Positions 29,185 to 39,767 of a stretch of 64,000 nucleotides of DNA are shown here, one piece after another. The stretch spans positions 11,963 through 75,962 of the forward strand of contig JAAVGE010000011.1 of the NCBI GenBank assembly GCA_014800385.1, in the 5' to 3' direction. The DNA is from Bacteroidales bacterium. GTDB lineage: Bacteria; Bacteroidota; Bacteroidia; Bacteroidales; Muribaculaceae. Within the stretch, counting starts at the first letter, position 1. The number at the start of each line of letters is the position of its first letter. The translations under genes and the position numbers were made by a program. Below the pieces are notes generated by a model. That model did no database searches. It was given only the letters and a program-made list of their open reading frames with translations, and was not told where the DNA came from.

Positions 29185-30087
29185 TCATCGGTTTTCCTTT
29201 GCGGGTGCCTGTACGATTTTTTCACCCGGAGCAACATCTTCTGTTACCCACAGGTTACCACCGATTATGGCGCCGTCACCTATATGTATACGTCCCAGTA
29301 TGGTTGCGTTGGCGTAGATGACCACATTGTTGCCGATGATCGGGTGACGCGGAATACCCTTGATAGGGTTATTGTTCTCGTCAAGTTTGAAACTCTTTGC
29401 TCCAAGTGTCACACCCTGGAATATCTTGACATTGTCACCGATTATACATGTAGCACCGATAACGATGCCTGTTCCGTGGTCAATGGTGAAGGATTCGCCG
29501 ATTGTTGCGGCGGGATGAATGTCAATACCGGTTTCTGAGTGAGCCAGTTCGGTTATCATTCGGGGTATGACAGGAACGTCAAGAGTATGGAGCAAGTGGG
29601 CCACGCGATAAGCACTGGTAGCCAGTATCGAGGGGTAGCAGTAAATTACCTCCTCGATGGAGAGCGCAGCAGGGTCAGCCTTGTAGGTTGCATCTACGTC
29701 GGTCATCAGGACACGGCGCAGTTCGGGCAACTGGCGTATGAATGTGTCACACAGGGGGATGGCATCCTTGGTCAGGGAATCGACATCAAGGGGCTGGCAA
29801 CAGGGTGATTCTATACACTTGCCTGCCACAATCTGATCGATCAGCAGCATGGACAACCGCTCGAGGTTCAACCCGGCATGATAGCGCATATTCTGCTGGG
29901 TGACACCGCTGTCGCCAAAAAAGCCGGGAAAAATCAGGGCACGGCACAGACTGACTATCTCTTTCACTTTTTCCTGTGAGGGAAGAGGTTCGCCACGTCG
30001 GCGTATATGGCACATTCCATTATTTTCGGGTGTTTCGGCAAGTTGTTTGGCTATTTTATCAAGTGATTGTGTGAGAATTCTTTCCAT
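29185..30087 (-). CDS. cysE: Serine O-acetyltransferase
   Basis: The track start at 30114 is TTG; I trimmed to the ATG at 30087 (MERILTQSLDKIAKQL). Left-handed beta-helix hexapeptide repeats: HGTGIVIGATCIIGDNVKIFQGVTLGA ... IGNNVVIYANATILG. Confidence 0.85.
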   Translation of the reverse strand: MERILTQSLDKIAKQLAETPENNGMCHIRRRGEPLPSQEKVKEIVSLCRALIFPGFFGDSGVTQQNMRYHAGLNLERLSMLLIDQIVAGKCIESPCCQPLDVDSLTKDAIPLCDTFIRQLPELRRVLMTDVDATYKADPAALSIEEVIYCYPSILATSAYRVAHLLHTLDVPVIPRMITELAHSETGIDIHPAATIGESFTIDHGTGIVIGATCIIGDNVKIFQGVTLGAKSFKLDENNNPIKGIPRHPIIGNNVVIYANATILGRIHIGDGAIIGGNLWVTEDVAPGEKIVQAPAKENR

Positions 30088-30134
30088 ATTTATATCATTT
30101 TTTATTTCAAACAAAATCCGTGGCCATCAGGTTT

Positions 30135-30171
30135 AAAAAAAGTCCACCGTTCAGATTCCGGTGGACTTTTT
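30135..30171 (-). terminator. Intrinsic (bidirectional-type) terminator downstream of the 1100-aa gene
   Basis: AAAAAA-AGTCCACCG-ttcagattc-CGGTGGACT-TTTT. A perfect 9-bp GC-rich stem flanked by an A-tract and a T-tract, 36 nt after the stop at 30207. Confidence 0.65.
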
Positions 30172-30206
30172 AAGTTATTGGAACGTCAATTTATTTAATG
30201 CAAGAA

Positions 30207-33200
30207 TTATTTGACAATTATCTTGCTTACTGTTTCTCCGGCTTTAACCACATACAGTCCCTTGGACAGTTTTACCTCTGCGGGATTGCCTTCATTGACG
30301 ATACCGGATGAAACCAGTCGACCGTCAGTGGTGTAAACTTCAAAGGTGGTTGAAACAGTTGAGTTAATAACGACACCTTCGCTGTCTGCAATTACTGTCA
30401 CCGCTTCGTTATTTCCAACTACTGCAGTAACGCCGCTGAGGGTAATTTTGCAAGGATTGGAGAGTATTGATTCACCGTCAGTATAGAGGGCTGTCACATG
30501 ATAGGTGTGGTCAGCATCAGAATCAGGGGTGTCAGTAAATGTGGTTTCGATAACGGGTTGATCATTAATCTTAACACCGTTGCGATAGATGTTGTAGCCT
30601 GTAGGACGAGCGGGCTGTGATGCACCTCCGGCAGGAATGAATGTTACATCATCCAGGAGGAACGCAACTTTACATTCTGACACGTAACCGATGGCAAAAT
30701 ATTTTGCACCGGCGGGCAGATTAAATGAATATTGGGTCCACTCGTTGCTTATCTCATCGTAAACACCACCTTCGGGGAGATAGTCAAACGAACTGATGTC
30801 ATTGTCAGTTGTGGAGTACATCACTGCAATATTCTCCATATAGTAGTCGTCGTAACTTCTGCCCATAAAGGTTACGGTCTGTGCTTCACCTGACAGTTCG
30901 GGTGAGATTGCCCAGTCATCGTTATATTCATCGTTCCATACGGCCAACAGTGATTTGTTACCACTGTAAGCGGCGAATGATTCATCAATTCCGGTAGCAT
31001 CCAGAACCATGTAGGCGATATCTTTTCCTTCTCCCAGATTAGGAAGTTGTGCAAGTTCCATTTCATTGGCGGGAGTGTCATCAAGACTCACGAATTTCCA
31101 GTCGCCGGCTCCATCAATGGACCATGCGGCATAGTTTTCAAAGCAATCTGTCACTGCTGCGGCTGATGAAGCGGTTCCGGCTGTTGCGGGCTCGCTCCAG
31201 GTGAGCATAACTTCTGAACCGGTGTGGGATGCGCTCAGGTCTGACACCGGACTTGATTCTGAGAGCAGCAGTTTGGCGGCTTCTGCGGTCAGGATATCAT
31301 TAACAGGATTTTCATCAGCAGCATAAACCACCTTGACGGTGTAGACGGGATTGGCATTGTGGAAGGGTGTCAGCAGATCTGTAGCACTTACCTCTGTGGT
31401 TGCACCGGCGGCAAGTTCAGTTATTGTTGTGCTGCCAACTTCCTGATCGTCGCGACTGAAAATAACATTTACGTTTTCTGCGCTGAGTGATCCTTTGTTT
31501 GAAATAACAGCCTTGATTTCAATTGATTCATGGGTTGCTATTTCCGAGGGACATATTATATTGTCAACCGCCACATCATGGTTCGCCGACTCTTCTGACA
31601 GAGTTATTTCAGTGAGAGCGATTGCACTTCGGTAAGGTTCGCTGCAGGCATGGAAACCTATGTAGTAGATACCGTCGGCATCCACACTGAATTTCACCTT
31701 GTTCTCTGAGGGGAGAAGTGTGGTGATAGCAGAAGGTGCCATTATCTGCTGTTTCATACCTTCAACTGAAGGCTCAGTGCCGCAATAAAGGGCGAGCAGA
31801 GGTTCGTCACCTTCATAATCGGTGAGAGATTTGTATGAAACGGTGTAGGTTTTTCCTGCCTTCAACATTGCGGGAGGAGTTATAAGCCAGTCATCGGCAT
31901 CCTTGCTTGAGGAATAAGGATAGGAAACAACGGGGATGAGATCATCTGTTTCTTCCACGTAAAATTCCCACTCTCTGTACCATTCTATTTTGTCACCGTC
32001 AACATCAATTACGGTGAACAGATCCAGTGAGTCATCCTCATCAAATGTAGCGGTGTAAGGTAGTGCCACTGACCCCAGTCGCCAGGGGTTTGACTGCACG
32101 GCCAATGAACGTGTGCCGTCATATACCATCACAACATTATAACTGTAGGCGGTAATCTGTTCAGGAACGGCAACGGCATCAGTGATAGTGGTCAGTGTGA
32201 TATTTTCAGCAATAGTAACGCCATCCGGCTGTCGGGTAACGATATATGAAATTTTCGAGGGATCGTAGTATCCGCCATGTGTGCTGCCCTGCGGTGCCTG
32301 CCAGTTGATTGTGAAAACACCGTCAGCCCACACTGCTGTAACATCAGTTATATTAAGCGGGGTATCCGGACCAATCCATTCAGTGATCTTGGCCTTGGGT
32401 CCGCGACCCACACTATTTGAAAGCATCACTTCTATTTCGTAAGTATCAGCCTCAGGGAGTGTTGCTTCCGCTTCTACTTTCTGTCCGTAAACGGCTTTAC
32501 CTTCTGCGAAGAGGGCACCGTTGGCACGGATGAGATATGACACTTCGCCGGTGGCATCGTTGCCGTCAAAGGTTGTTGAAGGAACGGTGAAACGAACCTT
32601 GCCGGTAAGTGAGCCGTCAGGGAAATCAAGTTTCAGGTCTGTTACGGCAGCAGGTGCGCCATCTTCAGCCACGGCTCCGGGGATGAACATACCACCCAGG
32701 GCTTCACCATCCTCAAATTCGTATAGACAAACGGCTTTGGCATTTGCTATGTCAACAGCGTAGAGGAAACTTTCGTTAAGTGAATAGTAGGCGTACGGAT
32801 CAGGATTTTTCACCGTATTGGTCACTACAACGTAGAAAATCCCGGTGCGGGGGTCAATGGCTCCGGTTGATCGGTTGGTTGCCTTAAATCCCAGGCTTCC
32901 AAGATTTTTGGTTGCACCGGTCTGCTTGTCAACACTCAGCAGTGTGCCTTCCATATCAACCGCGTAAAGGTTACCGCTCTTGTCCACACTGCAGGCAATC
33001 CAGGGTGTGGCGATTTCTGCAATGGCAAAACGTTCGCCTGTAGCATCGTTAAGTGTTCCGAATACCATTGGCGATGATTCGCTGTCGCCATTGAAGCAAC
33101 CGTAAATTTTAGCGGTCACGGGATCGTAGGTCATATCAGTTGCCACGGCATTCTGGTAGCCGTCGCGCAAGGAACTGATTGTACGCCATGTTTCCGGGTT

Positions 33201-33509
33201 GATGATATAGTGGGTAACATCAGTCCATGAACCGTAGTTGTATTCTGCGGTGCAGAAGTAGTAGTCTTCGGTCATGACACCGCCACCCGAAGCATCAATA
33301 TCAGGATCCTGATGAACGAGTTCCCGTGAATAACCTGATGCCTTGAATTTATACATTCCCGGCTCATCAAAATTGTGTTCTTTCCATGAGTTCGTACTGT
33401 AGACTGAGGCATAAATTTCAACATCACTTCCGGCTGCAGGCTCTGCTGCGAACAATGATGTTGCGGTCATTCCAATCGACAGAATTCCTAAAATCAGTTT
33501 TTTTTGCAT
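30207..33509 (-). CDS. Large secreted multidomain surface protein with a T9SS C-terminal sorting domain
   Basis: Signal peptide MQKKLILGILSIGMTATSLFAAEP. N-terminal beta-propeller-like repeats (NLYAVDMEGTLLSVD, GIFYVVV). Fn3-like modules, two cleaved-adhesin/choice-of-anchor-J-like modules (DKIEWYREWEF..., GDWKFVSLDD...), and a CARDB-like module. C-terminal ...TFEVYTTDGRLVSSG...LSKGLYVVKAGETVSKIIVK is typical of a T9SS CTD. Confidence 0.8.
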   Translation of the reverse strand: MQKKLILGILSIGMTATSLFAAEPAAGSDVEIYASVYSTNSWKEHNFDEPGMYKFKASGYSRELVHQDPDIDASGGGVMTEDYYFCTAEYNYGSWTDVTHYIINPETWRTISSLRDGYQNAVATDMTYDPVTAKIYGCFNGDSESSPMVFGTLNDATGERFAIAEIATPWIACSVDKSGNLYAVDMEGTLLSVDKQTGATKNLGSLGFKATNRSTGAIDPRTGIFYVVVTNTVKNPDPYAYYSLNESFLYAVDIANAKAVCLYEFEDGEALGGMFIPGAVAEDGAPAAVTDLKLDFPDGSLTGKVRFTVPSTTFDGNDATGEVSYLIRANGALFAEGKAVYGQKVEAEATLPEADTYEIEVMLSNSVGRGPKAKITEWIGPDTPLNITDVTAVWADGVFTINWQAPQGSTHGGYYDPSKISYIVTRQPDGVTIAENITLTTITDAVAVPEQITAYSYNVVMVYDGTRSLAVQSNPWRLGSVALPYTATFDEDDSLDLFTVIDVDGDKIEWYREWEFYVEETDDLIPVVSYPYSSSKDADDWLITPPAMLKAGKTYTVSYKSLTDYEGDEPLLALYCGTEPSVEGMKQQIMAPSAITTLLPSENKVKFSVDADGIYYIGFHACSEPYRSAIALTEITLSEESANHDVAVDNIICPSEIATHESIEIKAVISNKGSLSAENVNVIFSRDDQEVGSTTITELAAGATTEVSATDLLTPFHNANPVYTVKVVYAADENPVNDILTAEAAKLLLSESSPVSDLSASHTGSEVMLTWSEPATAGTASSAAAVTDCFENYAAWSIDGAGDWKFVSLDDTPANEMELAQLPNLGEGKDIAYMVLDATGIDESFAAYSGNKSLLAVWNDEYNDDWAISPELSGEAQTVTFMGRSYDDYYMENIAVMYSTTDNDISSFDYLPEGGVYDEISNEWTQYSFNLPAGAKYFAIGYVSECKVAFLLDDVTFIPAGGASQPARPTGYNIYRNGVKINDQPVIETTFTDTPDSDADHTYHVTALYTDGESILSNPCKITLSGVTAVVGNNEAVTVIADSEGVVINSTVSTTFEVYTTDGRLVSSGIVNEGNPAEVKLSKGLYVVKAGETVSKIIVK

Positions 33510-33672
33510 AAAAGTGTAATAGATAATTGATTATTGAATTCAGTTTCTCCTTTTGAAAGTGGATTGAGGAAAAGAGGATAGCAAATTAGTGGAAAAATGC
33601 AGTTTCAAGGGTAAACTGACAGATGATCTGATTATTTTTATTAACGTAATATAATCGGATATATTATATATC

Positions 33673-33717
33673 TTATCCCTGCCACCTGATGTCAGTGACA
33701 TCTGATGGCAGGGATAA
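33673..33717 (-). terminator. Stem-loop downstream of nuoN (candidate operon terminator)
   Basis: TTATCCCTGCCA ... TGGCAGGGATAA is a perfect 12-bp outer stem, with an inner TGATGTC/GACATC(A) pairing. It lies 38 nt after the nuoN stop. The trailing sequence is A/T-rich but not a clean U-tract. Confidence 0.45.
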
Positions 33718-33754
33718 AATGTATGCAGGAGGATTCAACCGAGGTTGAATTATC

Positions 33755-35236
33755 TTACATGATTGAACCGAAAAGACCAAGTGATGTGGTCATTTCGAGA
33801 AGGTAGTTGTAGAACACCGCACCGATACCAAGCACGATAATACCTGCAACTGAAATCCACAGACCGAGGCGTTCAGAACATGCTGAGCGGAAGGTGGGAA
33901 TCTGGCAGGGGTTTTCAGTTTTGATATACATTGCCTTAACCACAAGCAGGTAGTAGTACAGTGAAACGATAGTGTTGATAAGGGCGATGAGCACGAGCAT
34001 GTAGATTGCGAGTGTACCCTGCTGGAGTGCTGCAGCGAAGATGAAGAACTTGCTGAAGAATCCTGCGAAGGGAGGAATACCGGCGAGGGAGAACATCGCG
34101 AGCATCATGCAGAAAGAGAGTTTGGGGTTGGTTGTGCTCAATCCGTTGTAGTCATCCATATCCACCTTGCCTGTTGCGTTCTCGATAGCACCGATCACAC
34201 CGAAGGCTGCGAGGTTGGAGAAGATGTAAACCAGAACGTAGTACATCAGTGATGCAACACCTGTTGCGTTGAAGGCGATGACACCGAGCATGATGTATCC
34301 GGCCTGTGAAATTGATGAGAAGGCGAGGAAACGTTTCAGGTTTTTCTGGCGGATGGCAAACAGGTTACCGACGGTGATGGTGAGGATGATGAGTGCATAA
34401 AGCATCCACTGCCATACCTGCTCGTAGAACATGCCGAAGGCCTGAACCATAACCACCAGGAATGCGAAAGCGGTTGCACCTTTTGAGATAACTGAAAGAT
34501 AAGAGGTTACCGATGTGGGTGCTCCCTGATAAACATCTGCAGTCCAGAGATGGAAGGGAACCAACGAGAGTTTGAAGCCGATACCGGCGATGACAAATGC
34601 CAGTGCAAGGATTGCAAGGGCTGATTGTTCACCGAAGATAACCAGATTAATGTCGGAGAAGTAAAGTGAACCTGCCAGACCATAAACGAAAGACAGACCC
34701 ATCATGAACACTGCTGATGAGAACACGGCGGTCAAAAGATATTTCACCGCTGCCTCATGGCTTTCGTAGTGCTTCTTGTCAAAGGCTACCATCGCTGCCA
34801 GAGGGAGTGACGCTGATTCCAGACCGATGAGGAACAGAAGGAAGTGGCGTGCGGAAATCATCAGGTACATACCGAACAGTGTCACGAGAATAAGTTCGTA
34901 GAACTCACCTCTTCTGACGGTGATAAATTCGCTGTTAGCCCATTTGATTGACTGAATCAACACGATGAGCATACCGATGTTCAGAATGTTCTTGATTGCC
35001 ATTATCACGGGACCGGTTACATACATTCCTGCAAAAGCGGATGCATCTGACATGGAGCAGGGGCAGAACATGTCGGCGATGGAGAGGACAGTGAAGATGG
35101 CGAAAGCCACAGTGGTGAACGCAGCAGTGGCGTTCTGCGCCTTCTTGGGCATGAAGGTGTCATAGAGGAAGACAAGGAGGAACACCACAAGGAGCGCTAT
35201 CTCCTGCTTCATTGCTAAAAACTGAGAATAATCCAT
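33755..35236 (-). CDS. nuoN: NADH-quinone oxidoreductase subunit N
   Basis: 493 aa, polytopic. Motif LVPFHLWTADVYQGAPTSVT. Last gene of the cluster. Confidence 0.9.
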   Translation of the reverse strand: MDYSQFLAMKQEIALLVVFLLVFLYDTFMPKKAQNATAAFTTVAFAIFTVLSIADMFCPCSMSDASAFAGMYVTGPVIMAIKNILNIGMLIVLIQSIKWANSEFITVRRGEFYELILVTLFGMYLMISARHFLLFLIGLESASLPLAAMVAFDKKHYESHEAAVKYLLTAVFSSAVFMMGLSFVYGLAGSLYFSDINLVIFGEQSALAILALAFVIAGIGFKLSLVPFHLWTADVYQGAPTSVTSYLSVISKGATAFAFLVVMVQAFGMFYEQVWQWMLYALIILTITVGNLFAIRQKNLKRFLAFSSISQAGYIMLGVIAFNATGVASLMYYVLVYIFSNLAAFGVIGAIENATGKVDMDDYNGLSTTNPKLSFCMMLAMFSLAGIPPFAGFFSKFFIFAAALQQGTLAIYMLVLIALINTIVSLYYYLLVVKAMYIKTENPCQIPTFRSACSERLGLWISVAGIIVLGIGAVFYNYLLEMTTSLGLFGSIM

Positions 35237-35248
35237 TGCTTCTGATTT

Positions 35249-36769
35249 TTATTGGATCATGCCCAGAACCTTGAAAATGTCAGGGCTGAAGGTGAATTTA
35301 ATGAGTGATTCGAAGAAGTTGGGGAAACATCCGATTGCAGCCACACAGATGATGAGGGTGGCGGTTGCGGTGCGTTCCCACCATGTTGCGTCGGTGAGTT
35401 GACGGTGGTGGTCGTCATGAACAGGACCGAGAAGGAGTTTGCCTACAACACGGAGGATATAGACTGCTGTGATTACGATTGAGCAGCAGGCGATGATGGT
35501 AAACACCAGACGGAGTGAACCGTGACCACCGAGGTAGTCGGTCATACCCTGTTCGAATGATCCCACGAAGATTGTCATTTCTGCTACGAAACCTGACAGA
35601 CCGGGGAGACCGAGTGAAGCCATACCGGCAATGATGTAGCAAACTGCCAGATAAGGCATGATCTGCATCAGACCGCCCATCTCGCGGACGTCACGGGTGT
35701 GAGTACGTCCGTAAATCATACCGATAAGCGCGAAGAACAGGGCAGTCATCAAACCGTGTGAAAGCATCTGCATGATGGCACCGGTCATGGCGGTTGTGTT
35801 CAGCATAAGGATTGCGAAGAGCACCAGACCGCAGTGTGACACTGATGAGTATGCGTTGATGTACTTGAGGTCGGTCTGCACACAGGCGGAGAATGCACCG
35901 TAAACAACTGAGATACCGGTGAGGATAAGGAAAATCCATGCAAGTTCGTTGGCTGCCGAGGGCATCAGGTAGATTGCCACACGGAAGCAACCGTAACCTC
36001 CCAGTTTCATAAGCACGCCGGCGTGAAGCATTGACACCGCTGTCGGGGCTGAAGCGTGACCGTCGGGGCTCCATGTGTGGAAGGGGAACATTGCGCCGAG
36101 CACACCGAAACCTACGAAAGCCATGGGGAAGAGGAGCATCTGCCAGTTGTGGGGGATGTTACCTTTTTCAGCGATTTCAACGATGTCCCATGAGTTCAGA
36201 CCTGAGTTGTAGTAGATACCGATGAGGCTGAGCATCAGGAAGGCTGAACCACCCATAAGCATGAGGGTCAGTTTCATTGCCGAATAGTTCTTTTTGCCGC
36301 TACCCCAAACGCCGATGAGCAGATACATGGGGATGAGTGCAACTTCGTAGAACATGAACATCGCGAACAGGTCGATGGTGATGAAGAATCCGAATACACC
36401 TGTTGAGAGGAGGATGAGCCAAAGGAAGAATGCCTTGGGCTGAGCGATGGTCCATGATGCGAAAGAACCGGTGAGAAGGATGATTGAAGAGAGGATGAGC
36501 ATTGCGATGGAGATGCCGTCAACACCAACGGTGAGGTTGATGTTCAGCGGCGGGAACCAAGCCCATGAACCGGTGTAGAGCATGGCGGCTGTTTCGCCTG
36601 CTGCACGGAGGGCAAGATAGTCAACAAGCAGATAGATTGACAGTGCGGTCAGAGCCAGCGAACCGGTAACTGCCACTGCACGGATCTGCTTTATGTTTTG
36701 ACTAAGTGCTACCCCTGCAAGCATTACCAGGGGGATAAGCACGAAGTAGATTAATATATTGTCGAACAT
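35249..36769 (-). CDS. nuoM: NADH-quinone oxidoreductase subunit M
   Basis: 506 aa, polytopic. Motif FPFHTWSPDGHASAPTAVSMLHAGVLMKLGGYG. Confidence 0.92.
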   Translation of the reverse strand: MFDNILIYFVLIPLVMLAGVALSQNIKQIRAVAVTGSLALTALSIYLLVDYLALRAAGETAAMLYTGSWAWFPPLNINLTVGVDGISIAMLILSSIILLTGSFASWTIAQPKAFFLWLILLSTGVFGFFITIDLFAMFMFYEVALIPMYLLIGVWGSGKKNYSAMKLTLMLMGGSAFLMLSLIGIYYNSGLNSWDIVEIAEKGNIPHNWQMLLFPMAFVGFGVLGAMFPFHTWSPDGHASAPTAVSMLHAGVLMKLGGYGCFRVAIYLMPSAANELAWIFLILTGISVVYGAFSACVQTDLKYINAYSSVSHCGLVLFAILMLNTTAMTGAIMQMLSHGLMTALFFALIGMIYGRTHTRDVREMGGLMQIMPYLAVCYIIAGMASLGLPGLSGFVAEMTIFVGSFEQGMTDYLGGHGSLRLVFTIIACCSIVITAVYILRVVGKLLLGPVHDDHHRQLTDATWWERTATATLIICVAAIGCFPNFFESLIKFTFSPDIFKVLGMIQ

Positions 36770-36799
36770 AATGATCAGTTTTTTATCGTTACATCAATT

Positions 36800-38827
36800 T
36801 TAAATGAGGCAGAGATAAGTGACGATTCCAAGAAGGATGGCACCTATGAGATAAACCCATACGTAGGTCTGAACCAAACCGGACTGCAGTCCTTTGATGG
36901 CCCATGAGGCTTTGTTGGTCACGGTTGCGAAGGCATCCATGGTTCCGTCGATGATGTGACGGTCGAACCAGGCGATGGGTTTACAGATAAGCCCGAAGAT
37001 GATGCGATGAGTGATGAACATGTAAAGTTCGTCCCAGTAGAAACGGTGGTGGCACCAGTCCCAGAGGCGGGGAAGTGCTGAAGCCATCTTGTCGGGGAGC
37101 GGATTTTCTTTCATGTACATCTTTGCTGCAAGGGCTATTGAAAGAACAGCCACTGTCAGTGAGATTCCGGCTACTGTCCAGTCAAGGTTGAATGTGTGTT
37201 CGATGCCGTTGAAAGTAACGAGTTTGCCGAAGGGAATGAAACCTGCCACGCATGAAACCAGAGCAAGGAAAATCAGAGGCACTGTCATGGGCCAGGGCTG
37301 ATCGTGGGGTGCGTGGTGAGGATCATGTACTTTATGTTCTTTCCACCAGAAGATGAGGAAGTAGAGACGGAACATGTAGAAGGCGGTCAGTGCGGCCACG
37401 AGCGACATCCAGATGTAGACTACAATGCTGTATTCGCCGCAGGCGGTGAGGATTTCGTCTTTTGAGAAGAAGCCTGAGAAGGGGATGATACCTGCGATAG
37501 CCAGACAGCCGATGAGGAATGTCCAGTTGGTGATGGGCATATATTTGCGCAGACCGTGCATCGCGGTGTAGTTATTGGAGTGTACCGCATGGATCAGGGC
37601 ACCGGCACCGAGGAAGAGCAGAGCCTTGAACATTGCGTGGGTGAAAAGGTGGAACATGGAAGCCATGTAACCAACGCCGTGGTGATATTCGGGGCGGCAA
37701 ACACCCAGTGAAACCATCATGAAGGCAATCTGTGAGATGGTTGAGAAGGCGAGAACGCGCTTGATATCGACCTGAGCGCAGGCTACCATCGCTGCATAGA
37801 GAGCGGTGATGGCACCGACGATGGTGACAATTTCAAGTGCGGCTGTTTCCTGAAGATAGAGAGGGAACAGACGTGCTACCAGATACACACCGGCAACAAC
37901 CATGGTTGCAGCATGGATAAGGGCTGACACGGGAGTCGGACCTTCCATTGCGTCGGGGAGCCAGATGTGGAGGGGAAGCATTGCCGATTTACCCATACCA
38001 CCCATGAAGATGAGTACCAGAGCCCATGTCAGAACCGAGCAACCCATGAACATGGGAGCGGGGCTGGCTGCGAATTTGCTTGCAAGCACTGAGGCGGCGG
38101 TGTCAACTGAAACATGGAAAGTGTTTGTCAGACCTTCAACAGGGGCTGAAGTGAAGTCCATGAAACTGAACACTCCGGTGTAATATGAAAGGACAAGGAT
38201 ACCGATGAGGAATCCGAGGTCGGCGAAGCGGGTTACGATGAACGCTTTCTTTGATGCTGAAACTGCTGCGGGGTTGGTGTAATAGAAACCGATGAGCAGG
38301 TAAGATGACGCACCCACAAGTTCCCAGAAGATGTACATCTGGAAAATGTTGGTGGCAACCACCAGTCCGAGCATTGAGAATGTGAAGAGCGCAAGGAAAG
38401 CGTAGTAGCGCTGAAAACCTTTTTCAAAAACGCCGTGATGGTCGCGCATGTAGGCGTTACTGTAAAGATTCACCATGAATGAGATGGTTGTGATAACCAC
38501 AAGCATCATGGCTGAGATGGGATCAAGGAGGAATCCGAGGCTGATGTGGAGATTTCCGTAGAATTCAAGCCAAGTCTGGTTGAACACAATGTACTGGAGA
38601 TGTTCCACCACGGAGTGACCGTCTTCCATTATTTCACGCTGGAAGTTGGCATCGCCTGAGAAGAAATAGGTAAAAGCAGTATAGTAAGCCAGTGCTGTTA
38701 CAACACCCATGGCTGTTGTGCCGAGAATACCTGCGAGTTTGTGTGACAGGTATTTCCCTAACAGTCCCAGGAAAAGGAACATTGTAAGGGGTATGGCAAG
38801 AATCAGAATTGGTAAAGTGGCATCCAT
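36800..38827 (-). CDS. nuoL: NADH-quinone oxidoreductase subunit L
   Basis: 675 aa. Motif LPLHIWLPDAMEGPTPVSALIHAATMVVAGVYL, plus a long C-terminal lateral-helix region. Confidence 0.92.
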   Translation of the reverse strand: MDATLPILILAIPLTMFLFLGLLGKYLSHKLAGILGTTAMGVVTALAYYTAFTYFFSGDANFQREIMEDGHSVVEHLQYIVFNQTWLEFYGNLHISLGFLLDPISAMMLVVITTISFMVNLYSNAYMRDHHGVFEKGFQRYYAFLALFTFSMLGLVVATNIFQMYIFWELVGASSYLLIGFYYTNPAAVSASKKAFIVTRFADLGFLIGILVLSYYTGVFSFMDFTSAPVEGLTNTFHVSVDTAASVLASKFAASPAPMFMGCSVLTWALVLIFMGGMGKSAMLPLHIWLPDAMEGPTPVSALIHAATMVVAGVYLVARLFPLYLQETAALEIVTIVGAITALYAAMVACAQVDIKRVLAFSTISQIAFMMVSLGVCRPEYHHGVGYMASMFHLFTHAMFKALLFLGAGALIHAVHSNNYTAMHGLRKYMPITNWTFLIGCLAIAGIIPFSGFFSKDEILTACGEYSIVVYIWMSLVAALTAFYMFRLYFLIFWWKEHKVHDPHHAPHDQPWPMTVPLIFLALVSCVAGFIPFGKLVTFNGIEHTFNLDWTVAGISLTVAVLSIALAAKMYMKENPLPDKMASALPRLWDWCHHRFYWDELYMFITHRIIFGLICKPIAWFDRHIIDGTMDAFATVTNKASWAIKGLQSGLVQTYVWVYLIGAILLGIVTYLCLI

Positions 38828-38832
38828 GATAC

Positions 38833-39144
38833 TTAAAATTTCATTTTAGTTATTTCGCGGACGTCGATATCTTTAGCCACACGGAAGATGTTGCAGATGA
38901 TTGCTATTGCGAGGGCTGTTTCGGCAGCGGCAATGGCAATGGCGAAGAGGGTGAAGAACATACCCTCCATTTGTCCGGGGAAAAGGAAACGGTTAAAGAC
39001 CACGAAGTTGATGTCAACAGCGTTGAGCATTAATTCGAGAGAAATAAGGATGGCGATCATGTTTTTACGGGTGATGAAACCGTATACGCCGCAGCAGAAC
39101 ATGAAAAGTGCCGGGATAAGATAGCAAAGTATATTCAGATCCAT
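38833..39144 (-). CDS. nuoK: NADH-quinone oxidoreductase subunit K
   Basis: 103 aa, 3 TM helices, LELMLNAVDINFVVF, conserved Glu residues within TM segments. Confidence 0.9.
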   Translation of the reverse strand: MDLNILCYLIPALFMFCCGVYGFITRKNMIAILISLELMLNAVDINFVVFNRFLFPGQMEGMFFTLFAIAIAAAETALAIAIICNIFRVAKDIDVREITKMKF

Positions 39145-39150
39145 GATGAT

Positions 39151-39660
39151 TTAGCGTTTACGGGCAATGACGATGCCACCGATTATACATGCGAGAAGGA
39201 GCACACTGACAGCCTCGAAGGGGAGCAGATACTGGTGATAGCCTGTACCCATGAGTGTTTCGCCGATGGTTTTCATCGTTGCGGTGTCCATCTGGGGTTT
39301 GAGCAGTTCACAGCAGCGGGTGCAGAGGGCATAACCTCCGGCAAGGAGCATTGCCACGGCTGCGATGAGTCCTGTGATGCGTTTTTTTGATTCAAGTTTC
39401 TCACTGTTGTCACCGGGATTGCTTGTGAGCAGGATGGCGAACACAAACAGAACCACGATGCCACCTGCATACACGGCTATCTGCACTGCACCCAGGAAGG
39501 GATAGTCGAGTTGGAAATACAACGCGGCAGTAGCGAAAAGCGTGAACAGCAGATAGGTAGCGGCACGCAGAATTTTGCGTGAGGTTACAGCGAGTACCGA
39601 GAAGATGACAATCGACAGGGCGATTATCACGTACATGATGATACTTCCTACTGAGTCCAT
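39151..39660 (-). CDS. nuoJ: NADH-quinone oxidoreductase subunit J
   Basis: 169 aa, 5 TM-like segments. The call rests on its position between nuoI and nuoK. Contains GAVQIAVYAGGIVVLFVF. Confidence 0.88.
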   Translation of the reverse strand: MDSVGSIIMYVIIALSIVIFSVLAVTSRKILRAATYLLFTLFATAALYFQLDYPFLGAVQIAVYAGGIVVLFVFAILLTSNPGDNSEKLESKKRITGLIAAVAMLLAGGYALCTRCCELLKPQMDTATMKTIGETLMGTGYHQYLLPFEAVSVLLLACIIGGIVIARKR

Positions 39661-39767
39661 AATGATTGACTGGTTTTATTTTTGTGACCGGGCGGTGCGG
39701 TGGTTGCCGACCCGCGGTCGTGTTATTATTTTTACTTTGTTGTTTGGGTTTCTCTGTTTAGCCGGGG

